Of a stretch of DNA of 54,785 nucleotides, positions 1 to 8,554 are shown piece by piece. The notes under the pieces were generated by a model, which saw only the letters and a program-made list of their open reading frames with translations, did no database searches and was not told where the DNA came from. Position 1 is the stretch's first letter. Each line of letters opens with the position of its first letter. This stretch comes from a virus. Its lineage: Duplodnaviria; Caudoviricetes. The position numbers and the translations under genes were made by a program. The stretch lies in the IMG/VR virus record IMGVR_UViG_3300032241_002057, positions 1-54,785 of that record. One strand, written 5' to 3'.

Positions 1-108
1 CTGATTAGCGGGATTTGAAACTCTAGCTGCATAAGCTATAAAATCTTCAGCCGTTTCAATTCCATCGATAAGAGGCTTAGTAATTGCGATTATTTTTGCT
101 GTGTTCAT
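1..108 (-). CDS. thyX: FAD-dependent thymidylate synthase, N-terminus (runs off window edge)
   Basis: Not in ORF track. ATG at 108 with AAGGAG SD; translates MNTAKIIAITKPLIDGIETAEDFIAYAARVSNPANQ. AYxARVSNPxNQ is the typical ThyX N-terminal motif. Confidence 0.85.
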   Translation of the reverse strand, partial: MNTAKIIAITKPLIDGIETAEDFIAYAARVSNPANQ

Positions 109-150
109 AATAGCTCCTTGTGAACTTAATGATACACAGTATAAATGATA

Positions 151-522
151 TCAGTCAATTTTTTTAGGAGGAGTTTTTGATCGAGGACGTTTTTTACGTT
201 GAGATTCAATCTCTTCAACCATTTTAGCCGCTTCTATTTCTATATTTTCTATAAACTTGTTAGTCCATCGATTTACATCACGTTTAATGCGAGTGAAATC
301 TATATTAAGAGAGCAACTAAAAATATCACTATTTTCAAATCCAATTTCTTTTTGTTGTGCTACCATTGCTGTAAAATCTTCAGCACTTACTTTGAATCTA
401 GAACCGCTCTTGGTAACAATTATAGCATCTTTTATGTATTTTGTCGGAGGCGGTTCAGATTCTAGTATTAGATCGTCGAATATCATATCCCAACCGTCTG
501 AGTTTTCTTTGTACCTAGACAT
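151..522 (-). CDS. hypothetical phage protein
   Basis: ORF 151..570; likely start is the ATG at 522 (MSRYKE) after a GAGGTGG SD and a TAAATA motif at 552-557. Confidence 0.7.
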   Translation of the reverse strand: MSRYKENSDGWDMIFDDLILESEPPPTKYIKDAIIVTKSGSRFKVSAEDFTAMVAQQKEIGFENSDIFSCSLNIDFTRIKRDVNRWTNKFIENIEIEAAKMVEEIESQRKKRPRSKTPPKKID

Positions 523-730
523 AATTACCACCTCTTCAGTTGTTACGTTGATATTTATCAGTTTGTGCAATTAAAAAGATGATCAGCAATAATAATTCTT
601 AAATTTCTTCTTAAACACTGGCAAAATTTGTATGATATTATCAAAAATTCCTAATAATTTCAATGTGGTAAAAACATAATTTTGTAGTGTGTACACACGC
701 TATTGAATATATTAATTCAACGAAATTTTG

Positions 731-2167
731 TCAGTCTTTGTAGTTATTATGAAAATAGAGTTCTAGCCATTCAAAATCATTTATCTTATTTAGAAATTCT
801 GGAGAATCATTATGCCATTTCACAGCATCTTGATATCCAATTTTGGCCCAATTTGCAAAAGGTACGTCTAAAAACACGGTTGACCAAGTTTGCAATCGCG
901 CAACTGATTCTAAATCATCAGGATTTTGTTCAATATTTTTAATTAATTTGATACTTTCTCTTAATGAACTTTTCCATGTTTCGTATGGACTAGTATTGAA
1001 TCGAGTTGTAGCAATAGTACAATTTACAATTTTAATTTCGCCTACGCTTGTTGTGTAATCAAACCAGTTACCGTTGTAATCTAAAACTTTTTGTTTTGGC
1101 CATAATTTAATTGCACCGTATCCATATTCTAAGTTGTTAATAGGATTTTTACTGTACCAAATATGAATATAATCTTTATCGAATTTAGTTACATGATATT
1201 TGAATTGCCAATCATAATTTGGTATTGTATCACCGTCGATGGTCCAAAACATTTCGGTATCTGACAATTCTGCACATCGTCTATGAGCATTGTTAATTCC
1301 TTTGATTCCATGAACACGCTTGGCTCGGGGGAATTTTTCTTTTATTACATACCAATTTTCGTTGGCATTTATCTCGTTATACGAAACAAAAAATATATCA
1401 AAATTGGCTGCGTATATTGCAGCAGTGTTATCATGTATTTTAAGTTTTCCAGATAAATTTTTTGGATCAAAATCTGATCCAACAGTCTTTTTTGCTAAAC
1501 ACGTAGGCCAGAGTTGTATACATAGGTCATACTGTTCAATAAGATTTTTTGAATCTAGCTTTTGTACAGGCCAAATATGAATATAATCAGTGTCGTACAA
1601 CGACATTACTGTTATAAACTCCCAATTTGGTAAAAATTCGACTGTATCAGGTATTACCCAAAACATTTTTGTCATCGAAAGCTCTGCGCAATCTTTATAT
1701 GTGTTTTTCGTATGTACCTTTTTGATATGTGGATATTTTTGCCGATATAATTGATAAGTTGATTCATTGCCACCTGTGTAAAAAATATCATACGGAACAT
1801 ATGTAGCCGCAATATTTTGGTATAATTTTATGTTAGAAAAATCTATATTACATCCATTTATGTTTCTAGCGTTCTTGCGTGATATCAGTTGTATAGAAGA
1901 ATCGACTAAATCTAATTTTTTACCATCCGGCGAAGCTATTGGCCATATATGGATATAATCAAAATCATAATCTGGTATAGTCAATTCAAAATCCCAATCG
2001 AACAAAAAATCTACGTAATCAGATATTACCCAAAACATTTTTGTGAAAGATGCTGCTGAACATGATTGATATGGATTATCACTTTGCACACGTTTTGCAT
2101 GCGGATATTTTTTTTTATAATGCTCCCAAGTTTGGTCGTTCTCACCTATATAGAAGAAATCATACAT
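731..2167 (-). CDS. glycosyltransferase-like protein with three tandem repeat units
   Basis: Three units begin YDFFYIG / YDIFYTG / FDIFFVSYNE; the last has a GT-A-like TIDGD and is paralogous to 2160..3074. Confidence 0.7.
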   Translation of the reverse strand: MYDFFYIGENDQTWEHYKKKYPHAKRVQSDNPYQSCSAASFTKMFWVISDYVDFLFDWDFELTIPDYDFDYIHIWPIASPDGKKLDLVDSSIQLISRKNARNINGCNIDFSNIKLYQNIAATYVPYDIFYTGGNESTYQLYRQKYPHIKKVHTKNTYKDCAELSMTKMFWVIPDTVEFLPNWEFITVMSLYDTDYIHIWPVQKLDSKNLIEQYDLCIQLWPTCLAKKTVGSDFDPKNLSGKLKIHDNTAAIYAANFDIFFVSYNEINANENWYVIKEKFPRAKRVHGIKGINNAHRRCAELSDTEMFWTIDGDTIPNYDWQFKYHVTKFDKDYIHIWYSKNPINNLEYGYGAIKLWPKQKVLDYNGNWFDYTTSVGEIKIVNCTIATTRFNTSPYETWKSSLRESIKLIKNIEQNPDDLESVARLQTWSTVFLDVPFANWAKIGYQDAVKWHNDSPEFLNKINDFEWLELYFHNNYKD

Positions 2168-3074
2168 GTTTAACAGCCATAAAATGATCGATCATTTCAT
2201 TTGCTATCCACGGTCTAGGAGGATTCATATAAACTCTTTTGAAAAATTTAGATTCGTCTGGTCGCATCATACAAATATCAAGACCTATTTTAGATTTAAG
2301 AATTGGCTCTAGTCTTGCACATTCTGTAGCTGGATCATTATCTTTAACTGATTTCCATAAGTCTTGCATTGTTTCATAATTGCTTATAGCGGTGTGATCA
2401 TTATTCTCTATCATTGTGTGATAGACTCCAAGTCGAGCACCATACATAGCCCATAAGCCGTTTTCGACATCTGACCCTATACTACACCAAATACATAAAC
2501 GATTTATATTACCATACCATATTTTCTTATGAAAATCGGCAATTGATACAACTGCACCTCTTTCTAAACACATTTTTACACCTTCTCTAAATCCGCTTCT
2601 CCATGCTTGATATTCGCTGGCGTTTATGTGACTTGTACTGTAACATCCTTGCACCTCGTGATATTTGTTATCCCAACAAAATTCAACAGCCTTTCTAGGA
2701 TCTTCTGCATTTTCGTGACTTTTCATCGATTTAACAAATGCTTTACTCCACAATTTAAGTCCACCGTTTCCATAAACTAATCCGTTGACAGAATTACGTC
2801 CGGCCCATGTCCATGCATGATCGGCGTGATTTTCTTTGATATCAATATCAATATCTAAAAAATTTGGATAAATTTCATTATCGCCGTCAATTGTAACAAA
2901 GAAATCAGTGTCGCTGCTGTCTGCACAAGCTAGGTGAGCACTATCAAAGCCTTTGACACCGTGCACACGTTTGACCCAAGGTATTAAATTTGTAGCATGG
3001 GAATATAGTATTTCTGCGTTAGGTTCGTCGTAACTGAGAAAAATAAAATCAAAACTATCTAAACGGTGTTTCAT
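2160..3074 (-). CDS. GT-A fold glycosyltransferase-like protein
   Basis: FIFLSYDEPNA, RVHGVKG, VTIDGDN (DxD), YGNGGLKLW, AWRSGFREGVK. Confidence 0.7.
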   Translation of the reverse strand: MKHRLDSFDFIFLSYDEPNAEILYSHATNLIPWVKRVHGVKGFDSAHLACADSSDTDFFVTIDGDNEIYPNFLDIDIDIKENHADHAWTWAGRNSVNGLVYGNGGLKLWSKAFVKSMKSHENAEDPRKAVEFCWDNKYHEVQGCYSTSHINASEYQAWRSGFREGVKMCLERGAVVSIADFHKKIWYGNINRLCIWCSIGSDVENGLWAMYGARLGVYHTMIENNDHTAISNYETMQDLWKSVKDNDPATECARLEPILKSKIGLDICMMRPDESKFFKRVYMNPPRPWIANEMIDHFMAVKHV

Positions 3075-3523
3075 GAATTCGATCCTAAAAAGTAACTATA
3101 GGTGTTTGCAGACGATAGTGGCAAAAAATATTTTCCATCTCGTCTCATAAGTGTATCAAGTGGAATAGTTTTAATTAGCCAACTTGGGTCGTTTTTTAAA
3201 GTGATGTACAAAACCGTTGCATCTTTAGCATATTTTATACTGAATTCTACAATGTCGGTATTGTATTTCAACTCTGAAGTTTTATCTTTCTCTAAATTGA
3301 TCAATTGCGAAAATTGCTTACACGGCATTTGGTTAGTTTTTTTGAATAAAACTGGTTGACCTTCAATAATATCTACTCGCCAATCTATAAATTTTTCCTT
3401 ACCATGCATAAAATCTTCGGCTAATTGTGAAGAAATTGACAAGGTTTCTCGGTCAATCTCTTTCCATACAATTTTTTTAATCTTCCCTGTTGTAGGATCG
3501 TAATCAACATATGCGTTTGACAT
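3071..3523 (-). CDS. hypothetical protein in the GT cluster
   Basis: 150-aa ORF overlapping both neighbours. Confidence 0.65.
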   Translation of the reverse strand: MSNAYVDYDPTTGKIKKIVWKEIDRETLSISSQLAEDFMHGKEKFIDWRVDIIEGQPVLFKKTNQMPCKQFSQLINLEKDKTSELKYNTDIVEFSIKYAKDATVLYITLKNDPSWLIKTIPLDTLMRRDGKYFLPLSSANTYSYFLGSNS

Positions 3524-4391
3524 CTTTTATCAGCTCTTCATAAATTTTTAGAATATCGTCTGTTATAAATTCTTTAATGTTGTAATGTAATGGATAAAAC
3601 TGTCTATGGTTTCCGAGGTTTAATGACCCAAACGGTGTCATAAAACATGGCAAAAATTCTCTCCAATCAGTTGGCAAAACAGTATCCAAACCTTGTAGTT
3701 CACTTTTCATATGAGTAAACACAGGTGCTAGGCGTGTTCTATTACAATTTTGATCTAAATCTAGAATTTTCATAGCTAATCCAAACGCAACATCTGTGCT
3801 AAACATTTCAGGTCTATGATTTGGCTCTAAAAAATTATCAAAAAATGTTTGCCAATTCCACGTTATAATTTTAACCAATTCGAAAAATTCAAATGCTTCT
3901 GCTGATTTATTAAAATAGGTAAATGCTGAATATACATTTGGCAAATTATTAGCTGTAAAGGTCTTACGACAAAAATCACTTTCGATAACTGATCCTCGCC
4001 AATCTAACACTTTATTGCATGCTATTACAGGTTCATTCAATTCTTCAAATTGTTTCCACCAAGAAGAAATATCAGAGAGGAAAAGCATATCTGCATCAAG
4101 CTTAATGGTTTGATCATATGGACTCATCCAAATACTTTTCCATTCATTTTCAAGTTTCCACAATGAATCTGCTGCTTGATCTCCCCATGGTATTTCGACT
4201 ATTTTATCAAACGCCCATGCATATCTATCTTCTATTATAGTTCCTGGGCTAACACATATGGTCATGTTTGACCATTTTTTTTGAGAATGTTTTAGACTTA
4301 ATGCAAGTGCATAAGCTAATCTAACATAATCAACATTGTTATTGTTTTGTGCAATGGTCAAGAAGCCTTTTGTATATTCAATTGGTTGCAT
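3504..4391 (-). CDS. glycosyltransferase (GT8-like GT-A)
   Basis: DYVRLAYALALSLK, SPYDQTIKLDADMLF (DxD), STDVAF, THMK. Confidence 0.75.
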   Translation of the reverse strand: MQPIEYTKGFLTIAQNNNNVDYVRLAYALALSLKHSQKKWSNMTICVSPGTIIEDRYAWAFDKIVEIPWGDQAADSLWKLENEWKSIWMSPYDQTIKLDADMLFLSDISSWWKQFEELNEPVIACNKVLDWRGSVIESDFCRKTFTANNLPNVYSAFTYFNKSAEAFEFFELVKIITWNWQTFFDNFLEPNHRPEMFSTDVAFGLAMKILDLDQNCNRTRLAPVFTHMKSELQGLDTVLPTDWREFLPCFMTPFGSLNLGNHRQFYPLHYNIKEFITDDILKIYEELIKDVKRIC

Positions 4392-5256
4392 ACTCTATAA
4401 TCCTTTGACTCATTCTACCTATAGACCATTTATTCATCAAATGTACATTGGTGCAAACTTTATGCAATTTGAAATTTCCTTGCTCAGCTTCACTTACAAA
4501 AATAGCAGTTCCATTTGCAAAGTCTATTAGGTCATCATGCTCTGTTGCAAACATTAATTGAGGTATTGGTAATGATTTGACAGTGTTTTCTTCTAGTTGT
4601 GCATTCATCATATGAATTGCAATGCTTAATGCATAGTCATTACGAAAATAACCACTGCTATTGAATTTATAGAGTTGTTGGTAGTATCTATAATTTTGTT
4701 TTATAAATTTCATTAGAGAGAATAGATATTTTGCGCGTTCTGTCTTTTTAAAATACATGCATGTGGCCCAATAAAGTGGTATGCTTGTGTCGCTAAATCT
4801 TTTATCAAAACCTTTTAGATTTTCGATATGATTTAAATCTCGAACTGATTTGTTTACAAGTATATCCTCTGCAGAATTCCACACACAATCTAAGCTGTTA
4901 TCTAGTACTAGAAAATCAGCGTCAAGTAATACAGTTTCGTCAAACGGGCTTATTGTAAAACTATCTGATCGATTGGTGTTATAATATGGTACCTTTTTTG
5001 AAGTGTATCGTGAATCATGAAATAAACGAGCCGAAGAATTTTCTGGATTATGTGTTATTATTAACTTATCAAATGCCTTATCAACAAGATATTCACCGTG
5101 AGTTTTGATCATCCAATCTAATGTAGCTTGATTAGTTGCCAATGCAGTAGTATTGATTTTAAGATGTTTTTTGATTAATAGACAGCAAACAATTGACATA
5201 AGACCGTAGTCAATTTCTTCATTATTATATGCATACACTAGATAACCTTGAGTCAT
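4378..5256 (-). CDS. glycosyltransferase (GT8-like GT-A)
   Basis: SPFDETVLLDADF (DxD), FRNDYALSIA, VHLMNK; paralogue of 3504..4391. Confidence 0.75.
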   Translation of the reverse strand: MTQGYLVYAYNNEEIDYGLMSIVCCLLIKKHLKINTTALATNQATLDWMIKTHGEYLVDKAFDKLIITHNPENSSARLFHDSRYTSKKVPYYNTNRSDSFTISPFDETVLLDADFLVLDNSLDCVWNSAEDILVNKSVRDLNHIENLKGFDKRFSDTSIPLYWATCMYFKKTERAKYLFSLMKFIKQNYRYYQQLYKFNSSGYFRNDYALSIAIHMMNAQLEENTVKSLPIPQLMFATEHDDLIDFANGTAIFVSEAEQGNFKLHKVCTNVHLMNKWSIGRMSQRIIEYATN

Positions 5257-5618
5257 TATGCCTCTTTCATTATTTCAGCAAATTGTTCTGTAGTAGATCT
5301 AGCTCGTTTTAAACGAGTGTATTCGCTATTATAAAAATTTGTTGCTTGAAAGTATTTGTCAAGCAAATCTTCGAGGAAGTTTTCTAAATCTTTTATTTCT
5401 ATCGGATTATCATTTTCGTCAATTAGTACAATTGATGTACTGCCTTTGTTTATTACCAATTGTACAAATGTGATTAATTCTCTAGTTGCTTTAAAAAATC
5501 CACCATTGATTGCAACTGTGATCATAGTATCAAATTTGATTTTCAAATTTTCTTTTGTGTTCAATAGATTCAAACGGAAATTTGAAGCCTCTAATGCTTT
5601 TTGTATACGTTCGTCCAT
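5256..5618 (-). CDS. conserved jumbo-phage protein
   Basis: GGAGG SD; MDERIQKALEASNFR N-terminus, as I recall from jumbo myophage tail regions. Confidence 0.65.
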   Translation of the reverse strand: MDERIQKALEASNFRLNLLNTKENLKIKFDTMITVAINGGFFKATRELITFVQLVINKGSTSIVLIDENDNPIEIKDLENFLEDLLDKYFQATNFYNSEYTRLKRARSTTEQFAEIMKEA

Positions 5619-5667
5619 GCGGTAACCTCCATAATAATTATTATTAATAGTAGATTACTTTGCAATT

Positions 5668-6609
5668 TTAAAGTGATATAGTAGTGGTATAAGTTGGACT
5701 CGTTACTGATAAAGTGTCGGCTATGAGCTGTTGCACAGTACTGTTGGTATTACCGTCTACTGTATCGTAAGGACTACTAAGATTTGTTGCAAAAATAGCC
5801 TGCGTTCTTACAACTGTGCCATTACCACCGTTTAATCCTACAACGTTCTCAACTCGTGACTGTATTGTATAGCTTATTCCGGTATATCCGTAAGCACTAC
5901 CGTAATGAGTAAACAGTGTTTGAAACGTACCGGTTAAACCATAATAACCAATTGGATAGACTGTCCCACCTGTACCAGTATATGTAGTGGCCACAGCTCC
6001 AATTTTTATCGTACCCATTTGACTGAGCAACGCAGCAAATGCTACATCTAAATGAGAGCCAGAACCTTCAGTGAGGCTACCCGAAATATAAATTTGGCCA
6101 CCTGTATTGTAAAAGTAGCGAGCTGCATCTTCACTTGAAAACGTCTGTGTAAACTCGTGGGTTATCGTATTGATCCATGAAGTTGACCTAGTGTCAGACA
6201 GTTCTGCATCAACACTCATTTGTGTGATATCATAATTCAGTCTATTAGAATCTAAAGTTGATATTAGATTAGGCAAGTTAGGTCTTGCTCCTCCCGTATC
6301 GGCTTGGATGACACTAACGGTGCTAACATTGCTAGGTAATGTAAGAGCACTGCCGGTTTGAGTATTAATAATAGCCATTGCAGCAAAAAGATCATTCCAG
6401 GTAGTAGCTAAAACAACATCAACTGTAGCTACAGCCGGCAATGTTACTGTTGTTTGTCCATATCCTCTAGATCCGTATCCAACACCAACTAGCGCTGCAA
6501 CAGCGTTTGTAGCAGCAGAACTATTTGGGTAAGCAGTTCCGGGACTTTGTGCTCCTCGGAAACCCATAAAGTCTGTTGCTGCTATGTTTTGACCAACAGC
6601 ATATGTCAT
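5668..6609 (-). CDS. virion structural protein (tail/fibre associated)
   Basis: T/G/S-rich; GYGQT and ARYFYNTGGQI motifs; lies in the structural operon. Confidence 0.65.
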   Translation of the reverse strand: MTYAVGQNIAATDFMGFRGAQSPGTAYPNSSAATNAVAALVGVGYGSRGYGQTTVTLPAVATVDVVLATTWNDLFAAMAIINTQTGSALTLPSNVSTVSVIQADTGGARPNLPNLISTLDSNRLNYDITQMSVDAELSDTRSTSWINTITHEFTQTFSSEDAARYFYNTGGQIYISGSLTEGSGSHLDVAFAALLSQMGTIKIGAVATTYTGTGGTVYPIGYYGLTGTFQTLFTHYGSAYGYTGISYTIQSRVENVVGLNGGNGTVVRTQAIFATNLSSPYDTVDGNTNSTVQQLIADTLSVTSPTYTTTISL

Positions 6610-6610
6610 A

Positions 6611-7750
6611 TCAGTTTTTGCCTACCACTATCTCTATTGTTTCTATATCTGCAGATGTTTTTTCTACTAATGAACGCCCTAAAATAGCTAACAAACCTGC
6701 TTCTGCAGACCACGCACATGCACAACCTGCAATTGCAGATGACATTAATCGTTCACCTTTTTTTACTGGGCCAACTACTTTACACGGTACTCTACCTGCT
6801 AATGCAACAGCTGGATGTGTATCATCTGTACCAGCTTCGGCATTCATAAGATGCGCTGGATTTGTTGAAATAACACCAAAAATATCATGCGTTCCGAGAG
6901 TGTTGCTGGCTGTTATTTCGGCAGAACCTCCTAAACATACAATTGTACCTGGATCATATTTGGCATCAGCATGATAACGTTCTGCCAAGTCTGCATACAG
7001 AGCTGAGGTTGCTTGTCCATTAAATTGCACAGCATACATATTTGAAAATCTATACGATGCACTTCCCATATTATAGGTATTATCAACAGATGGTAAATTA
7101 GTCTGTAGACTTGTGAAATTATTAGTAGATGTTACACCGGCCGAAGGGATATTAGAATTAAAATTAAGTCCTGGATTGATTGTTGTAAATCCGCTTAATG
7201 TTGTCGAGTATGTTGAATCTTTGCTAAAGATTGCTAATAAAGCACCACCGATTATTATTTCCCAAGCTTGGTGCAGATTTGCACTTGTATCGGTTAATCT
7301 AACTGCACTTATTTCACTAAATGTTGGTAAATCTGGATTAACAGGGTCTGTGTTAATAGCGCTGCCGAGTGGTCCTACAAGTAACCATGCTGTACCTGAC
7401 CATACAAATAATTGTTTATTGGTACTATCGAACCACAGAGATCCTTGTGACGTACCCGAGCCAGGATTAGTACCTGATATAATTGCTCCGCCAGCTGATA
7501 CCCATGCAGATCCAGTATACATATTGAGTGTGTTTGCAGTGGTATTATACCATAATTGGCCAGTTGTTGGGCTACTAGGAGCACTGCTATTGGCAAAATT
7601 CTGCATAATCCATAACATATCTTGATTTACTGGCTCGCCGTAGTTTAGAAATCCTCGGCCAGGCATAGCAATAGAGGTAGTATTATCAATTGCTCCGTCG
7701 GCAATGGTAGTAGCTAATGTACCATTATAGTTGTAGATATTAGTAGCCAT
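6611..7750 (-). CDS. tail fibre-like protein with C-terminal intramolecular chaperone/autocleavage (Peptidase_G2-like) domain
   Basis: ENFA-like QNFA...PTTGQLWY repeats; YADLAERY...GVISTNPA...ALAGRVPCKV C-terminal domain. Confidence 0.7.
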   Translation of the reverse strand: MATNIYNYNGTLATTIADGAIDNTTSIAMPGRGFLNYGEPVNQDMLWIMQNFANSSAPSSPTTGQLWYNTTANTLNMYTGSAWVSAGGAIISGTNPGSGTSQGSLWFDSTNKQLFVWSGTAWLLVGPLGSAINTDPVNPDLPTFSEISAVRLTDTSANLHQAWEIIIGGALLAIFSKDSTYSTTLSGFTTINPGLNFNSNIPSAGVTSTNNFTSLQTNLPSVDNTYNMGSASYRFSNMYAVQFNGQATSALYADLAERYHADAKYDPGTIVCLGGSAEITASNTLGTHDIFGVISTNPAHLMNAEAGTDDTHPAVALAGRVPCKVVGPVKKGERLMSSAIAGCACAWSAEAGLLAILGRSLVEKTSADIETIEIVVGKN

Positions 7751-7787
7751 TGTTGTCCTTGTTTATTATGATGCTGTATTCGATAAG

Positions 7788-7795
7788 TATTTATA
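7788..7795 (-). promoter_or_regulatory. T4-type late promoter TATAAATA
   Basis: Perfect TATAAATA on the minus strand, 37 nt upstream of the start at 7750. Confidence 0.7.
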
Positions 7796-8399
7796 CCGTT
7801 TGAATGCGTATTGTGTAGACAATTTCTATTTGACGGTTTAATGATTTTTGAACTGGAGAAAATATCACATGCGTTAGTAGTAATCCGTTAGCATCAGTAC
7901 CAGTTGCAGCGTCTGTTGCATTATAGGCTTTTAATCCTAATTCGTTGAATACATAATTTCCAGTTATATTAGTTGTATTGTCAAAAGCTTCCTGCCCGGA
8001 TGGTTGTCCTAGTCCAAGAGTACAGGTGACTATAACATCACTATAAGTTGTACCAGAAACATGAGCAGTGGTTATGTAATTTTGCGATGGATTTGGATTA
8101 AGAGGACTTAAATCATCTACACATTGAAAATATGTTTCATTGTACAATTCAGCTGAGGTTCCTACTACATTAGGTGGTAGATATGTAATGGTTCCTGTAC
8201 CACTAACAGTAGCAGCTCCGTTACCAAAACACATATTTTGTATCCAACCATCTGGTCGATTTGAAATAGTTTGTGCTAGGGCTATCGAGAATGTTTCGTA
8301 GTTAATTGCATTCATTTTATCGACTAAAATTTCTTTAGAATCTAAGTCACGGATCAATACATGACCTTGTATCCAACTCTTTGAATTATCTTTAACCAT
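7791..8399 (-). CDS. virion structural protein
   Basis: GHVLIRD...NAI, FNELGL, LLTHVIFSPVQKSLNRQIEIVYTIRI, a recognisable jumbo-phage baseplate-region protein. Confidence 0.7.
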   Translation of the reverse strand: MVKDNSKSWIQGHVLIRDLDSKEILVDKMNAINYETFSIALAQTISNRPDGWIQNMCFGNGAATVSGTGTITYLPPNVVGTSAELYNETYFQCVDDLSPLNPNPSQNYITTAHVSGTTYSDVIVTCTLGLGQPSGQEAFDNTTNITGNYVFNELGLKAYNATDAATGTDANGLLLTHVIFSPVQKSLNRQIEIVYTIRIQTV

Positions 8400-8406
8400 T
8401 TCTATA

Positions 8407-8547
8407 TTATGCCCTTTGGTTAACTAATATTTTACCTGTATCGATATCTCGTATTTTGATATTACCGTATATCATTATTCCTAAATTTTCGTCTCTAGGT
8501 TTATCATCAGGGTTAACGTTAACTTGCTTTGTGTTTGTTGTCATCAT
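8407..8547 (-). CDS. 46-aa small protein resembling the N-terminus of the next gene product
   Basis: Not in ORF track: MMTTNTKQVNVNPDDKPRDENLGIMIYGNIKIRDIDTGKILVNQRA; fills the intergenic gap; ATAAATA at 8549-8555. Confidence 0.7.
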   Translation of the reverse strand: MMTTNTKQVNVNPDDKPRDENLGIMIYGNIKIRDIDTGKILVNQRA

Positions 8548-8554
8548 CTATTTA

